Part shown: positions 38,029 through 51,669 of the stretch, one piece after another | Numbering within the stretch: position 1 is the first letter of the stretch | How the letters are laid out: the number at the start of each line of letters is the position of its first letter | Assembly: GCA_045634005.1 (NCBI GenBank) | Contig: JAZQZL010000058.1 | Span: 9,665 to 73,664, forward strand | From: Candidatus Flemingiibacterium sp. | Lineage (GTDB): Bacteria > Bacillota > Clostridia > Oscillospirales > CAG-272 | Length of the DNA: 64,000 bases | Direction: 5' to 3' | Program-made: the position numbers and the translations under genes | The notes under the pieces: generated by a model | Databases searched by the model: none | The model's input: only the letters and a program-made list of their open reading frames with translations | Told to the model about the DNA's origin: nothing

Positions 38029-39219
38029 TTATCTGATAACGTTTACCTTGATAATGCCGTCGATTGCGGATATCTTCTCTGCGATCTTTGTCATCGTTTC
38101 ATCGGATTCATTACCGACGATTTCAAGAATCGAGTATGCATAATCCTTCTTCGAGCGGTTCGCCATATTCTCGATGTTGATGTTTTCAGCCGAAACAACG
38201 CTCGAGATCTGCGCGATAATGTTGGGAACGTTCTTGTGAAGCACACAGATGCGAATATCGCCGCTGTGAGGCATAGAAACGTTCGGGAAGTTTACGGAAT
38301 TTACAATGTTACCGTTTTCAAGGTACTCGCGAAGCTGCTTTGCCGCCATAACAGCGCAGTTGTCCTCAGACTCCTCGGTGGATGCGCCAAGGTGAGGAAT
38401 AGCGATGACGCCCTCCATACCCGCGGTACGTGCGTTCGGGAAGTCGGTAACGTAGCGCTTAACCTTACCCGACTTGAGCGCCGCCTCGATATCGTCGTCG
38501 TTAACGAGAGCGTCACGCGCGAAGTTAAGTATGATAACGCCATCCTTCATCATTGCGATAGTGTCCTTGTTGATCATATACTTGGTGGACACGTTGGGAT
38601 CGGGGCTGTCGATAAGCGGAACGTGAATAGAGATAACGTCCGAATTCTTGAAAATATCCTCACGGGTATTTACCTTACGCACTGCGCGGGAGAGGTTCCA
38701 AGCGGCTTCAACCGAAATGTACGGGTCGCAGCCGAGAACGTCCATACCGAGATGGATAGCAGCATTTGCAAGAGGTCCGCCAATCGCACCAAGACCGATC
38801 ACGCCAAGAGTTTTGCCCTTGATCTCACAGCCTGCGAACTTGGACTTTTCCTTTTCAACGAGCTTTGCAACGTTGGGATCGTTCTTTGCAGTCTGAACCC
38901 AGTTGATACCGCCAACGATGTCGCGGCAAGCGAGAAGCATACCGCAGATAGCGGCTTCCTTAACGCCGTTGGCGTTAGCGCCGGGGGTGTTGAATACAAC
39001 TATACCCTGCTCCGCGCACCTGTCAAGCGGAATGTTGTTAACGCCGGCACCGGCTCTTGCGATAGCCTTGAGGTTATCGCCAAACTCCATATCGTGCATA
39101 ACAGCCGAGCGAACCATTATCGCATCGGGATTTTCGATGTTTTCGGCAACAGCGTAATTTTCATCGAAAATATCGGTGCCGCACTTTGCAATCTTATTGA
39201 GAAGCTGAATGTTTTTCAT
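38029..39219 (-). CDS. serA: D-3-phosphoglycerate dehydrogenase
   Basis: 2-hydroxyacid dehydrogenase fold (GKTLGVIGLGAIG) with a C-terminal ACT-like domain. It lies downstream of serC. Confidence 0.9.
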   Translation of the reverse strand: MKNIQLLNKIAKCGTDIFDENYAVAENIENPDAIMVRSAVMHDMEFGDNLKAIARAGAGVNNIPLDRCAEQGIVVFNTPGANANGVKEAAICGMLLACRDIVGGINWVQTAKNDPNVAKLVEKEKSKFAGCEIKGKTLGVIGLGAIGGPLANAAIHLGMDVLGCDPYISVEAAWNLSRAVRKVNTREDIFKNSDVISIHVPLIDSPDPNVSTKYMINKDTIAMMKDGVIILNFARDALVNDDDIEAALKSGKVKRYVTDFPNARTAGMEGVIAIPHLGASTEESEDNCAVMAAKQLREYLENGNIVNSVNFPNVSMPHSGDIRICVLHKNVPNIIAQISSVVSAENINIENMANRSKKDYAYSILEIVGNESDETMTKIAEKISAIDGIIKVNVIR

Positions 39220-39232
39220 CGTAATTTTCCTT

Positions 39233-40318
39233 TCAAGCCTTGGGATTTTCAGCGGCGAACTTCTTCATAAATTCAACAAGTGCCGCAACGCCCTCGTAAG
39301 GCATAGCGTTGTAGATGGAGGCTCTCATACCGCCAACGGAGCGGTGTCCCTTGAGGTTCATAAGGCCTGCCTTCTCTGCTTCCTTCGGGAACTTCTTGTC
39401 AAGCTCCTCAACGCCGGTAACGAAGGTAACGTTCATCATCGAACGGCTGTCCTTCTTAACGGGCGCGATGTAGTAATCTTGAGAATCGAGGTAATCGTAA
39501 AGAAGCGCTGCCTTCTTTTCGTTCATCGCCTTCATCTTTTCAAGACCGCCGAGCTCAAGTATCCACTCGTATACAAGTCCTGCAACGTAAATTGCGTAGC
39601 AAGGAGGAGTGTTATACATAGAATCGTTATCAGCCATAAGCTGCCAATCAAGCATAGAGGGAGTTTCGGGACGGGCGTTGCCGAGAAGGTCCTCGCGAAC
39701 GATAACTACAGTAAGACCTGCGGGAGCCATATTCTTCTGCGCGCCTGCGTAGATAACACCGAACTTCGACACGTCAACCGGCTCAGAAATGATGCAGGAG
39801 GACATATCGGCAACAAGCGGAATATCTCCGGTGTCGGGAATGTAGCTGTACTTGGTGCCGTAAATGGTGTTGTTGAAGCACACGTGAACGTAGTCAGCGT
39901 CAGGGCGGAAGGACTCGCGTGTGGTTTCGGGAACGTAGGCGAAGTTGTCCTCCTTCGAGGATGCAACCGCCTTCGCGTCGCCATACTTCTGCGCCTCCTT
40001 ATATGCCTTGGTCGAGAACTGACCGGAAAGAATATAATCAGCCTTACCCGTCTTCATAAGGTTGAGCGGAATAGCCGCGAACTGTGTGGATGCGCCGCCC
40101 TGTAAGAAGAGCACCTTATAGTTATCCGGAATATTCATAACCTTGCGAAGATCTGCCTCTGCCTTTTTTATAATAGCTTCATACGCAGGTGAGCGATGGC
40201 TCATCTCCATAACGGACATGCCTGCCTCGCCGTAATTCACAAGCTCTGCAGCCGCCTTTTCAAGAACGGGAAGCGGAAGCATCGAAGGTCCTGCGGAAAA
40301 ATTGTAAACTCTGTTCAT
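39233..40318 (-). CDS. serC: phosphoserine aminotransferase
   Basis: N-terminus MNRVYNFSAGPSMLP, the MEMSHRS motif, and a full length of 361 aa. Confidence 0.95.
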   Translation of the reverse strand: MNRVYNFSAGPSMLPLPVLEKAAAELVNYGEAGMSVMEMSHRSPAYEAIIKKAEADLRKVMNIPDNYKVLFLQGGASTQFAAIPLNLMKTGKADYILSGQFSTKAYKEAQKYGDAKAVASSKEDNFAYVPETTRESFRPDADYVHVCFNNTIYGTKYSYIPDTGDIPLVADMSSCIISEPVDVSKFGVIYAGAQKNMAPAGLTVVIVREDLLGNARPETPSMLDWQLMADNDSMYNTPPCYAIYVAGLVYEWILELGGLEKMKAMNEKKAALLYDYLDSQDYYIAPVKKDSRSMMNVTFVTGVEELDKKFPKEAEKAGLMNLKGHRSVGGMRASIYNAMPYEGVAALVEFMKKFAAENPKA

Positions 40319-40377
40319 AATATATTATCCTCCAAAAATTCTACCAATAGTTGATATACCTCTAATAGATATAATAT

Positions 40378-40406
40378 ATTATAAACCATTCTTCGACTTA
40401 TGTCAA
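40378..40406 (-). promoter_or_regulatory. candidate serC-serA promoter
   Basis: On the minus strand: TTGACA (40406-40401), 17 nt spacer, TATAAT (40383-40378). Confidence 0.6.
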
Positions 40407-40548
40407 TAGATAACTTGCCCAATTTAGACGTTTTAGTTGATTAAATTTTGTAAGCCGTAAATTGGCACAGATATTTTTTCAAAAATGAGCGAAAATATTA
40501 TTGCCCAAGCACAAGCAGAAACTTTAACACGGAGGCAACAGTAACATT

Positions 40549-40746
40549 ATGTCAAACAAGATAACGGGTGTCACCAAGGCGGCTATTGCCGGTGCCGTAT
40601 TCGGCACCGCTGTAGGAATGGTAGCAGTGCCTCGCACACGCAAATCGAAAAAGCGCCGCCATAACAGCTTAGCCGACAAGGCGGGCACTGCTCTTCGCAC
40701 CGTTGGCACAGCTATGCAAAGCGTCGCTGACGTGATAGAGCGCTGA
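40549..40746 (+). CDS. small hypothetical protein (65 aa, Gly/Ala-rich hydrophobic N-terminus, basic centre)
   Basis: ATG preceded by GGAGG about 13 nt upstream. A hairpin follows at 40761-40784. I recognise no family. Confidence 0.45.
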   Translation: MSNKITGVTKAAIAGAVFGTAVGMVAVPRTRKSKKRRHNSLADKAGTALRTVGTAMQSVADVIER

Positions 40747-40755
40747 CGCGAATAC

Positions 40756-40784
40756 AAAAAGCACCCGTTCATATGAACGGGTGC
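40756..40784 (-). terminator. intrinsic terminator after rpoC
   Basis: 10-bp stem GCACCCGTTC / GAACGGGTGC with an ATAT loop, followed on the minus strand by TTTTTG. Confidence 0.8.
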
Positions 40785-40796
40785 TTATCTGTATAA

Positions 40797-44345
<3,549 letters not shown>

Positions 44346-44363
44346 TAACTATCTTCTCCTATC

Positions 44364-47300
44364 TTATTCTTCGTCGCCATAAGCGTCGTCTTCATACTCG
44401 CCGTCAAAAGCGAAGTCGTCGTCCTCTTCGAACTCTTCCTCGGTAAAGCCGTCAGCGAGAATATCGCCCTCTGCGACAGTATCGCCAAGCTCTGCATCGG
44501 AAACGTAGTTCGGAACGAACTCCTCCTCGTCCTCGCCGAGAGTGGAAAGCTCGATAACGTTGCCCTCGCGGTCGAGAACCTTAACGTCAAGTGCGAGCGA
44601 CTGAAGCTCCTTAACGAGAACCTTAAACGCCTCGGGAACACCCGGAGTCGGAATGTTCTGACCCTTAACGATAGCCTCGTAGGTCTTGACACGTCCCGTT
44701 ACGTCGTCCGACTTAACGGTGAGTATCTCCTGGAGCGTGTAAGCTGCACCGTACGCCTCGAGTGCCCAAACCTCCATCTCACCGAAACGCTGGCCGCCGA
44801 ACTGTGCCTTACCGCCGAGAGGCTGCTGCGTTACAAGTCCGTAAGGACCGGTGGAACGTGCGTGAATCTTATCATCAACGAGGTGATGGAGCTTGAGGTA
44901 GTACATAATACCGACGGTTACAGGGTTGTCAAAGGGCTCGCCCGTACGTCCGTCGTAAAGCGTGGACTTACCGGTTTCGCTCATACCTGCCATCTTGAGG
45001 CACTCTGCGATATCCTTCTCGTTAGCACCGTCGAATACGGGAGTCATGATCTTCCAGCCGAGCTTCTTAGCCGCGATACCGAGGTGAACCTCAAGCACCT
45101 GACCGATATTCATTCGGGAAGGAACGCCCATCGGGTTGAGAACGATGTCAAGCGGAGTACCGTCCGGAAGGAACGGCATATCCTCGGGGGGAAGAATACG
45201 GGAAACGACACCCTTGTTACCGTGACGGCCCGCCATCTTGTCACCGACCGAGATCTTACGCTTCTGCGCGATGTAAACGCGGACAACCTTGTTTACTCCG
45301 GGAGGAAGCTCATCGGAATTGTCGCGCGAGAACACCTTAACGTCGATAACGACGCCCGACTCACCGTGAGGGAGTCTTAAAGAGGTGTCGCGAACCTCGC
45401 GTGCCTTTTCACCGAAAATAGCACGGAGGAGTCTTTCTTCTGCGGTAAGCTCGGTTTCGCCCTTGGGAGTAACCTTACCTACGAGAATATCGCCTGCACG
45501 AACCTCGGTACCCTTGCGGATGATACCGTCGGGAGTGAGGTCCTTGAGCGCGTCCTCGCCCACGTTCGGAATTTCTCTGGTGATCTCTTCCGGACCGAGC
45601 TTGGTGTCACGTGCTTCGTGAGAGTATTCTTCAATATGAATGGAAGTATAGATATCGTCGCGTACGAGGCGCTCGTTAAGAAGAACCGCGTCCTCGTAGT
45701 TATAACCTTCCCAGGTCATAAAGCCGATGAGAGCATTTCTACCGAGCGAGATCTCACCCATATCGGTCGCGGGACCGTCTGCGATTACCTGCTTTTCAAC
45801 AACTCTCTCGCCAACGTCAACGATAGGCTTCTGGTTTACGCAAGTACCCTGATTGGAGCGCTTGAACTTGATGAGGTGATATACGTCCTTCGTACCTGCA
45901 TCGGTGCGGATAACGATCTCCTCTGCGGATACCTTTTCAACGTGACCTGCATTGCGAGCGCAAACAACTACGCCCGAGTCAACTGCAGCCTTGTACTCCA
46001 TACCGGTAGCAACGATAGGTGCATCCGGAATAAGAAGCGGAACAGCCTGCTTCTGCATGTTCGATCCCATAAGTGCACGCGAGTTGTCATCGTTCTCAAG
46101 GAACGGGATGCACGCGGTTGCAACGGAAACGACCATCTTCGGCGAAACGTCCATATAGTCTGCTTCAGATGCGTTGAATTCGATGATTTCATTTCTGCGG
46201 CGACCGGAGATACGCGCGTTAACGAAACGGTTGTTTTCATCAAGCGGCTCGTTCGCCTGAGCGATAGTGTAGTTATCCTCGACGTCAGCGGTCATATAAA
46301 CAACTTCGTCAGTAACAACGCCCGTCGCCTTGTCGATCTTTCTGTAGGGCGCCTCGATAAAGCCGTAAGCATTTATCTTCGCGTAGGTAGAAAGATAGGA
46401 GATAAGACCGATGTTCGGTCCTTCAGGGGTTTCGATAGGACACATACGGCCGTAGTGAGTATAGTGTACGTCACGAACCTCGAAGGAAGCTCTGTCACGC
46501 GACAGACCGCCCGGACCGAGTGCGGACAGACGACGCTTGTGAGTAAGCTCTGCAAGCGGGTTGTTCTGGTCCATGAACTGCGAGAGCGGCGAGGAGCCGA
46601 AGAACTCGCGGATCGCGGTAACTACAGGTCTTATATTAATGAGAGTATTAGGAGTGAGTGTTTCTGCATCCTGCGTGGTCATGCGCTCCTTAACGGTCTT
46701 GTCCATACGGGAGAAGCCGATGCGAAGCTGATTCTGCAGAAGCTCACCGACAGAGCGAAGACGACGGTTGCCGAGGTGGTCGATGTCGTCCTTGACTCCG
46801 ATATCGTGAGCAAGGCAGGTAAGGTAGTTGATGGACGCAAAGATATCATCCTTGGTGATATGCTTGGGAACGAGATCTGCAATGCGAGCCTTTGCGAGCT
46901 TCTTGAACTCCTCAATGTCGCCGCCTGCCTCCTCGAGCATTTCGAGCATAGCGGAAAGCTTGACCTTCTCGGTGATGCCGATATCCTCAAGATCGCAGCC
47001 GATAACGTATTTGGGATCAACAGTACCGTTGCCAAACACCTTAACGACGGTCTCGCCGTCCTCAAGATATACGTATACCTCGTTTACACCTGCATGCTCG
47101 ATAGCCATAGCCTTCTCGTCGTCGAGAAGAACGTCAGCCTCGAAAAGCAGCTCGCCGGTTATGGGGGATACTACAGGCGCAGCAAGAGTGCGGCCGACAA
47201 TACGCTTGCCGAGAGCAAGCTTCTTGTCGTACTTATAGCGTCCAACCGGATAGAGGTCGTAGCGCTTGGGATCGAAGAAGAGATTGTTGATAAGGAGCTG

Positions 47301-48080
47301 TGCGCTCTCAACGAGCGGAGGCTCGCCGGGACGAAGCTTCTTATAGATCTCCTTGAGAGCCTCATCGCCAAGGGAGGTATGATTCTTGTCGGCCTCGGCC
47401 TGCATCATATCCTTTTCCATAGTAGCGATAAGTCTGGGATCCTCGCCGAAGTACTTGATTATCTCCTCGTCAGACTCAATACCGAGCGCGCGGATAAGCA
47501 CGGTTATCGGTATCTTTCTATTCTTATCTATGCGTACGTAGAAAACGTCGTTGGCATCGGTTTCATACTCGAGCCAAGCGCCGCGATAAGGTATAACGGT
47601 AGCCGTATAGATCACCTTACCGGTCTTGTCGATAGTGGTATCGTAGTACATACCGGGGGATCTTACGATCTGGGATACGATAACTCTCTCCGCACCGTTA
47701 ATAATGAAGGTTCCGTTATCGGTCATAAGCGGGAAATCGCCCATAAACACAGCGGACTCCTTAACCTCGCCCGTAGCCTTGTTCGTAAGTCTTACGGTAA
47801 CGCGAAGTGGCGCGGCAAAGTTAGTGTCACGATCCTTACACTCCTCCTCGGGATATTTCGGGGTAGGATCGATAGTGTAGTCGATAAACTCGATCACGAG
47901 ATTGCCCGAATAGTCGGTGATAGGCGACACATCGTGAAGCACCTCGCGAAGTCCCTCCTCGAGGAACCACTTATACGACTTCTTCTGGACCTCGATAAGA
48001 TTGGGCATCTCGAGAGTATCGCCGATCTTAGCGAAGCTCATTCGTTCGGTCTTGCCAAGCAACGTGGGGTTAACCACCAT
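44364..48080 (-). CDS. rpoB: DNA-directed RNA polymerase subunit beta
   Basis: ORF 44364..48128. Start at [16 protein letters not shown] (ATG 48080), after GGAGTG. Conserved RpoB blocks run throughout, and the C-terminal tail is acidic. Confidence 0.97.
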   Translation of the reverse strand: MVVNPTLLGKTERMSFAKIGDTLEMPNLIEVQKKSYKWFLEEGLREVLHDVSPITDYSGNLVIEFIDYTIDPTPKYPEEECKDRDTNFAAPLRVTVRLTNKATGEVKESAVFMGDFPLMTDNGTFIINGAERVIVSQIVRSPGMYYDTTIDKTGKVIYTATVIPYRGAWLEYETDANDVFYVRIDKNRKIPITVLIRALGIESDEEIIKYFGEDPRLIATMEKDMMQAEADKNHTSLGDEALKEIYKKLRPGEPPLVESAQLLINNLFFDPKRYDLYPVGRYKYDKKLALGKRIVGRTLAAPVVSPITGELLFEADVLLDDEKAMAIEHAGVNEVYVYLEDGETVVKVFGNGTVDPKYVIGCDLEDIGITEKVKLSAMLEMLEEAGGDIEEFKKLAKARIADLVPKHITKDDIFASINYLTCLAHDIGVKDDIDHLGNRRLRSVGELLQNQLRIGFSRMDKTVKERMTTQDAETLTPNTLINIRPVVTAIREFFGSSPLSQFMDQNNPLAELTHKRRLSALGPGGLSRDRASFEVRDVHYTHYGRMCPIETPEGPNIGLISYLSTYAKINAYGFIEAPYRKIDKATGVVTDEVVYMTADVEDNYTIAQANEPLDENNRFVNARISGRRRNEIIEFNASEADYMDVSPKMVVSVATACIPFLENDDNSRALMGSNMQKQAVPLLIPDAPIVATGMEYKAAVDSGVVVCARNAGHVEKVSAEEIVIRTDAGTKDVYHLIKFKRSNQGTCVNQKPIVDVGERVVEKQVIADGPATDMGEISLGRNALIGFMTWEGYNYEDAVLLNERLVRDDIYTSIHIEEYSHEARDTKLGPEEITREIPNVGEDALKDLTPDGIIRKGTEVRAGDILVGKVTPKGETELTAEERLLRAIFGEKAREVRDTSLRLPHGESGVVIDVKVFSRDNSDELPPGVNKVVRVYIAQKRKISVGDKMAGRHGNKGVVSRILPPEDMPFLPDGTPLDIVLNPMGVPSRMNIGQVLEVHLGIAAKKLGWKIMTPVFDGANEKDIAECLKMAGMSETGKSTLYDGRTGEPFDNPVTVGIMYYLKLHHLVDDKIHARSTGPYGLVTQQPLGGKAQFGGQRFGEMEVWALEAYGAAYTLQEILTVKSDDVTGRVKTYEAIVKGQNIPTPGVPEAFKVLVKELQSLALDVKVLDREGNVIELSTLGEDEEEFVPNYVSDAELGDTVAEGDILADGFTEEEFEEDDDFAFDGEYEDDAYGDEE

Positions 48081-48268
48081 AGAAATAATCACTCCATTCA
48101 ACAGTATTGACATCCTTGGTCTTGGCACTTGTACTTTTCATATGCGTCCCTTGTGCAACATTTATAGCCAAATAGCAATATTGCACAAAAAAAGTCAGCT
48201 CCCACGGGCATTTTTTTGGCATCGCAGGAAAAGCACGCACAGTCAAAGCGATTATAATGCAGTATAGT

Positions 48269-48297
48269 ATTATATCATATGTTTAAGGTTTTGTCAA
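48269..48297 (-). promoter_or_regulatory. candidate rpoBC promoter
   Basis: On the minus strand: TTGACA (48297-48292), 17 nt spacer, TATAAT (48274-48269). This implies a leader of about 180-190 nt. Confidence 0.6.
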
Positions 48298-48475
48298 TAG
48301 GAAAATAAATTTTTTATTTGAATTTTATAATTTTATAATTTTTTTACTCAAAAAGCTTTGTTATCACTTCTTAATGATATCCGCGTATATGCCAGTTTTT
48401 TGTGACTTCTATCCAAAAACACTTACCATAATTTGTCAAATGCACCAATATCTCAAGTTCCTTCTTAGTTTTTAC

Positions 48476-48505
48476 TTGACACGTATCCTTCCATTATGAT
48501 ATAAT
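48476..48505 (+). promoter_or_regulatory. candidate promoter of the AT-rich two-gene islet
   Basis: TTGACA (48476-48481), 18 nt spacer with an extended -10 TG (48497-48498), TATAAT (48500-48505). Confidence 0.6.
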
Positions 48506-48637
48506 TAGTATGTAAGAAGTTCCTCCGCTATATTTTAATGCAAAGAATTTTGGGGCGGTGATTACATTGGCTTAACTAATGACAACGAATCAAATCAGTT
48601 ACTTGAATAATAGGTTTCCACCAAAGGAGGCAATTGT

Positions 48638-49597
48638 ATGTTGAAAAGGTCTTCAAGATTTTTAATTTTGGCAATTTGCACTTTATTGCTCTGTCAGGCG
48701 TTATCCGCTAACACATCGCACACATATTATTCCAATAAGGAAACTATGAATTTTTCACACACTAATTTAGATAAATTAACCAATACCGGTGTTGATTCAT
48801 ATGGGAATCCGGTTACTTACAACTGGCATAGCCGCCTTTTCTTATCAGGATGTATGATTACTTGTTTGGCTATGATGTTAAACAATCTCGGAGCGGAGAC
48901 TATCCAAAGTGTTTACGATGTGCGAACAGGAACTTCTGGAGTTTTGACTGCCGATCCTGTTTCCGTGATGTACGCTAATACTAATTTTTCAACAATCACT
49001 CAAAGCGGAAATAATTATACGTCATCTTATGCATATGATCCTGTACTCATATATCCAGCCCGCATTGCATCAGCTTTCGGCGAATCATCCCCACAAATTG
49101 TGGAGTTAACAGACAAAACAAACGCGGAAAAACTTTACTGGATAACATATTATAGCAAAATGCACCCAGAGGGAATAATTGTATATTTCTTCAAAACTAT
49201 TTATGATTCAACATTGGGAAGGGACGTCAACTACTCGCATGGCGTTGTAGTAATGAATTCATCGGCAAGTTTGGATTTCGGGCGTAGTACAGAGTATACC
49301 TCTACACCGTATTCAGCAGAAGATGTAGAGATATTCAACGCTAACCCGCCAATAGTGCAAGTGTGCACCTCAGCATATACAATTCCGCCCACTGATATGA
49401 ACGCATACGGTGGACTCGGCAGAGGAGCAAATGGCTTTACAGAAGATAGCATCACCTATTCTGACTTCCTCACCGTATGCGACCCCGTAAACTACACATC
49501 CTACCCCGGAGATTATGTAAAAATGCAAGATGCATACATTGGAAGCGACTCCGTATTTCAATTTGAAGATATCGCAAAAATATATATTATTCCCTAA
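48638..49597 (+). CDS. secreted hypothetical protein, putative papain-fold C39-like (YvpB-like) peptidase
   Basis: AAAGGAGG RBS and a signal peptide (MLKRSSRFLILAICTLLLCQALSA). The candidate catalytic Cys context SGCMITCLAMMLNNLG resembles C39_2 family motifs, and NYSHGVVVM provides a downstream His. The family call is an inference. Confidence 0.65.
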   Translation: MLKRSSRFLILAICTLLLCQALSANTSHTYYSNKETMNFSHTNLDKLTNTGVDSYGNPVTYNWHSRLFLSGCMITCLAMMLNNLGAETIQSVYDVRTGTSGVLTADPVSVMYANTNFSTITQSGNNYTSSYAYDPVLIYPARIASAFGESSPQIVELTDKTNAEKLYWITYYSKMHPEGIIVYFFKTIYDSTLGRDVNYSHGVVVMNSSASLDFGRSTEYTSTPYSAEDVEIFNANPPIVQVCTSAYTIPPTDMNAYGGLGRGANGFTEDSITYSDFLTVCDPVNYTSYPGDYVKMQDAYIGSDSVFQFEDIAKIYIIP

Positions 49598-49611
49598 TCG
49601 AGGCTTCATCT

Positions 49612-50199
49612 ATGAAAAGCAAATATTTCACCCCCCTTGTACTTACCGTAAATTCAGTTTTACTCATATCTGTTCTTGCATTATGTGCCTTTATAGCCGC
49701 TTCCGTTCACAGCAATACAGAGTCCGCTTTCCTACAGTATGAAGCACGCCCAACCGATTTGATGGAAGAAATAAGAATAGGTGATAACTATGTTCTCACC
49801 CAATATTTTCGTCCCGGGGGGGATGTGATCGTTCCTGAGTTGATCGTGTCAATCGGAACCGGTGCTTTCAACGGAAAGCGTCTTGAATCCTATTCAACCA
49901 TAATAGATTCGGTGTATTTGCCAGATTCCGTTATTACCATCGAGCAAGGTGCATTTACTGCAACTACCGCTAAATCCATACGTCTTTCCTCATCAATATC
50001 ATACATCGGCGAGTATGCTTTCGCAAACAGCGATTGGATTGAACTAATATATTTTGACGAAGTGCCCGAACATAGTATATTCATCGCGCGAAACGCCTTT
50101 GCCAATTCACCAAATATTGAACTTGCCAACTTCCCTGAGTGGGTAGAACTTGGAGATGATGGTTATTTAGTCCGCGAATACACGTATCCAACCACATAA
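49612..50199 (+). CDS. membrane-anchored BspA-type leucine-rich repeat (LRR_5-like) protein
   Basis: N-terminal TM helix, then repeats of the type IGTGAFNG...LPDSVITIEQGAF...SSISYIGEYAFANS...IARNAFANS. Confidence 0.7.
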   Translation: MKSKYFTPLVLTVNSVLLISVLALCAFIAASVHSNTESAFLQYEARPTDLMEEIRIGDNYVLTQYFRPGGDVIVPELIVSIGTGAFNGKRLESYSTIIDSVYLPDSVITIEQGAFTATTAKSIRLSSSISYIGEYAFANSDWIELIYFDEVPEHSIFIARNAFANSPNIELANFPEWVELGDDGYLVREYTYPTT

Positions 50200-50266
50200 A
50201 ACATGGTTTCTTCCGCTTCACGCATATGTGGGGCGGAAAATTTTTTAAGAAATTTTGCAAAAGTAC

Positions 50267-50295
50267 TTGATATTTTGAAAAGTTTGTGTTATGAT
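50267..50295 (+). promoter_or_regulatory. candidate rpsT promoter
   Basis: TTGATA (50267-50272), 17 nt spacer, TATGAT (50290-50295). Confidence 0.6.
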
Positions 50296-50397
50296 ATATG
50301 GAGAAATGCTGTGAAAACAGCAGAGGCTCCCGGCTGCATCAGGCTAAAGCTATGACAGTCAAGGCCTTGTGCAGACTTTATTAAGGAGGTGAACAGT

Positions 50398-50664
50398 TTG
50401 CCGAACATTAAATCCGCAAAGAAGCGCGTTAAGGTTATCGAAGCAAAGACTATGCAGAACAAGATGCTCAAGACCGCGCTCAAGACTTCTATGAAGAAGT
50501 ACGAAGCAGCACTCGCTTCCGGTGATAAGGCTGCAGCCGCTGAAACTTATAAGGCAGCAGTTAAGAAGATCGACAAGGCAGTAGCTCAGGGTCTTCTCCA
50601 CAAGAACAACGCTGCAAGAAAGAAGAGCAACTATACCGTAAAGCTCAACCAGCTCGGTGCGTAA
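50398..50664 (+). CDS. rpsT: 30S ribosomal protein S20
   Basis: ORF 50389..50664. The GTG at 50389 is part of the AAGGAGGTG SD, so the TTG at 50398 is the likely start. The sequence PNIKSAKKRVKV... is typical S20. Confidence 0.9.
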   Translation: MPNIKSAKKRVKVIEAKTMQNKMLKTALKTSMKKYEAALASGDKAAAAETYKAAVKKIDKAVAQGLLHKNNAARKKSNYTVKLNQLGA

Positions 50665-50686
50665 TCGCTCTTAAATATGTAATTTT

Positions 50687-50716
50687 GGTGATGAAGCTCC
50701 CTTCATCACCTTTTTA
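50687..50716 (+). terminator. intrinsic terminator after rpsT
   Basis: GGTGATGAAG-CTCC-CTTCATCACC followed by TTTTT. It overlaps the 3' end of the convergent ORF. Confidence 0.8.
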
Positions 50717-51605
50717 CTTTTGTAAGGCTCCAGACTCTGCCGTGCGCGTCAACGGTAATATGCCAGAGCTCTTCCCCGTGCGTTATCTCGCACAAAGTGA
50801 AGCCGCAGACCTCGCCTGCGCAGTCCACGCTTGCACCGCCGAATGCACGCCTGGTCAACCTATAAAACTCAAGCGCCGCCGAAAGCCGCTCGGCTTCATT
50901 TAAAATTTCACTCGGCGCATTCCCGACGCGGATATACACGAAGCCGTCAAGGCTGCCGTCCGCGCCCGAAAAGCTCATACGCATATTCTGTGTTTCGGTA
51001 ATCCACGCGCCTCCCTCGCCTGAAGATAGCTCAAGTCCGACCGCGTTACCGCCAAAAAGCGTCTTGAGAGTACCCTCGGCAACCCGTTTGGTGTACGCGA
51101 GCACCTCGGGCGGAGGTATCTGTGCCGCGGCTTCGGCGTTTGAGGCGCTGACGCCCAGCACCTTCTCGCTTACACCGCCAAGCGTTTCGGATATGATCCT
51201 CCGTGCCTCGGCTTCGCTCGTATAATCTATTGAAGAAAGCAGGGCAAACGTGTCTGCGAACGCGCGAACGCGCCCCTCGGAGCTTGCTCCCATTCTCATA
51301 TAGTCGGCAAGGGATAATATCTCCCCGAGGCGTGCCTCGCTCGGGAGTCCGACGGCAGCGGCTTCGAAGCGCACGGACGCCTCGTAGCGAGCCTGTGCTC
51401 CCTCGGCTGTGCACCACGCGTCAAGCGCGTCCGCGCAAAGCGTCAGGGCTTCGTAATAATCCCGAAGCTCGCGTTTTTTGAGATCGTCGCCAAGACGGGT
51501 GGCTACCGTGCCGAGAATAACGCACAGAAGCGTAAGCGACAGCAAAAACGTGTATGCAATACGCGTGTCACGCAAATTTTCCGAATTTTTTCTGAACGAA
51601 CGCAT
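50706..51605 (-). CDS. hypothetical membrane-anchored Ala-rich protein (possible PepSY-like C-terminus)
   Basis: 299 aa with an N-terminal TM helix (IAYTFLLSLTLLCVILGTVA). Coding looks plausible from the length and an RBS-like AAAGGGTGA. I recognise no firm family. Confidence 0.6.
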   Translation of the reverse strand: MRSFRKNSENLRDTRIAYTFLLSLTLLCVILGTVATRLGDDLKKRELRDYYEALTLCADALDAWCTAEGAQARYEASVRFEAAAVGLPSEARLGEILSLADYMRMGASSEGRVRAFADTFALLSSIDYTSEAEARRIISETLGGVSEKVLGVSASNAEAAAQIPPPEVLAYTKRVAEGTLKTLFGGNAVGLELSSGEGGAWITETQNMRMSFSGADGSLDGFVYIRVGNAPSEILNEAERLSAALEFYRLTRRAFGGASVDCAGEVCGFTLCEITHGEELWHITVDAHGRVWSLTKVKR

Positions 51606-51669
51606 AAGATCACCCTTTCGCTATAATTATTACCGAAAGGCGCCGTCTTTATTATATAAGGAGAACGTT

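Noticed and set aside
45618-48110. Very long antisense ORFs opposite housekeeping genes. These are 830 aa opposite rpoB, 644 aa opposite leuS (4574..6508), 522 aa opposite smc/ftsY (11770..13338), 450 aa opposite rpoC (42972..44324), 423 aa opposite serA (37999..39270) and 390 aa opposite smc (13489..14661).
   Set aside because: The translations are low-complexity, rich in Arg, Leu, Val and Ser, and have no recognisable motifs or RBS. The sense-strand genes are unambiguous. Stop-free antisense frames are a known by-product of codon bias in moderately GC-rich genes.
50296-50397. A leader of about 100 nt for rpsT, containing a small hairpin (GCTGTGAAAACAGC), as a possible autoregulatory S20 leader.
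   Set aside because: There is only one short hairpin and no motif I recognise. A TTG start and a long leader are common for rpsT, and I cannot support a specific structure from the sequence alone.
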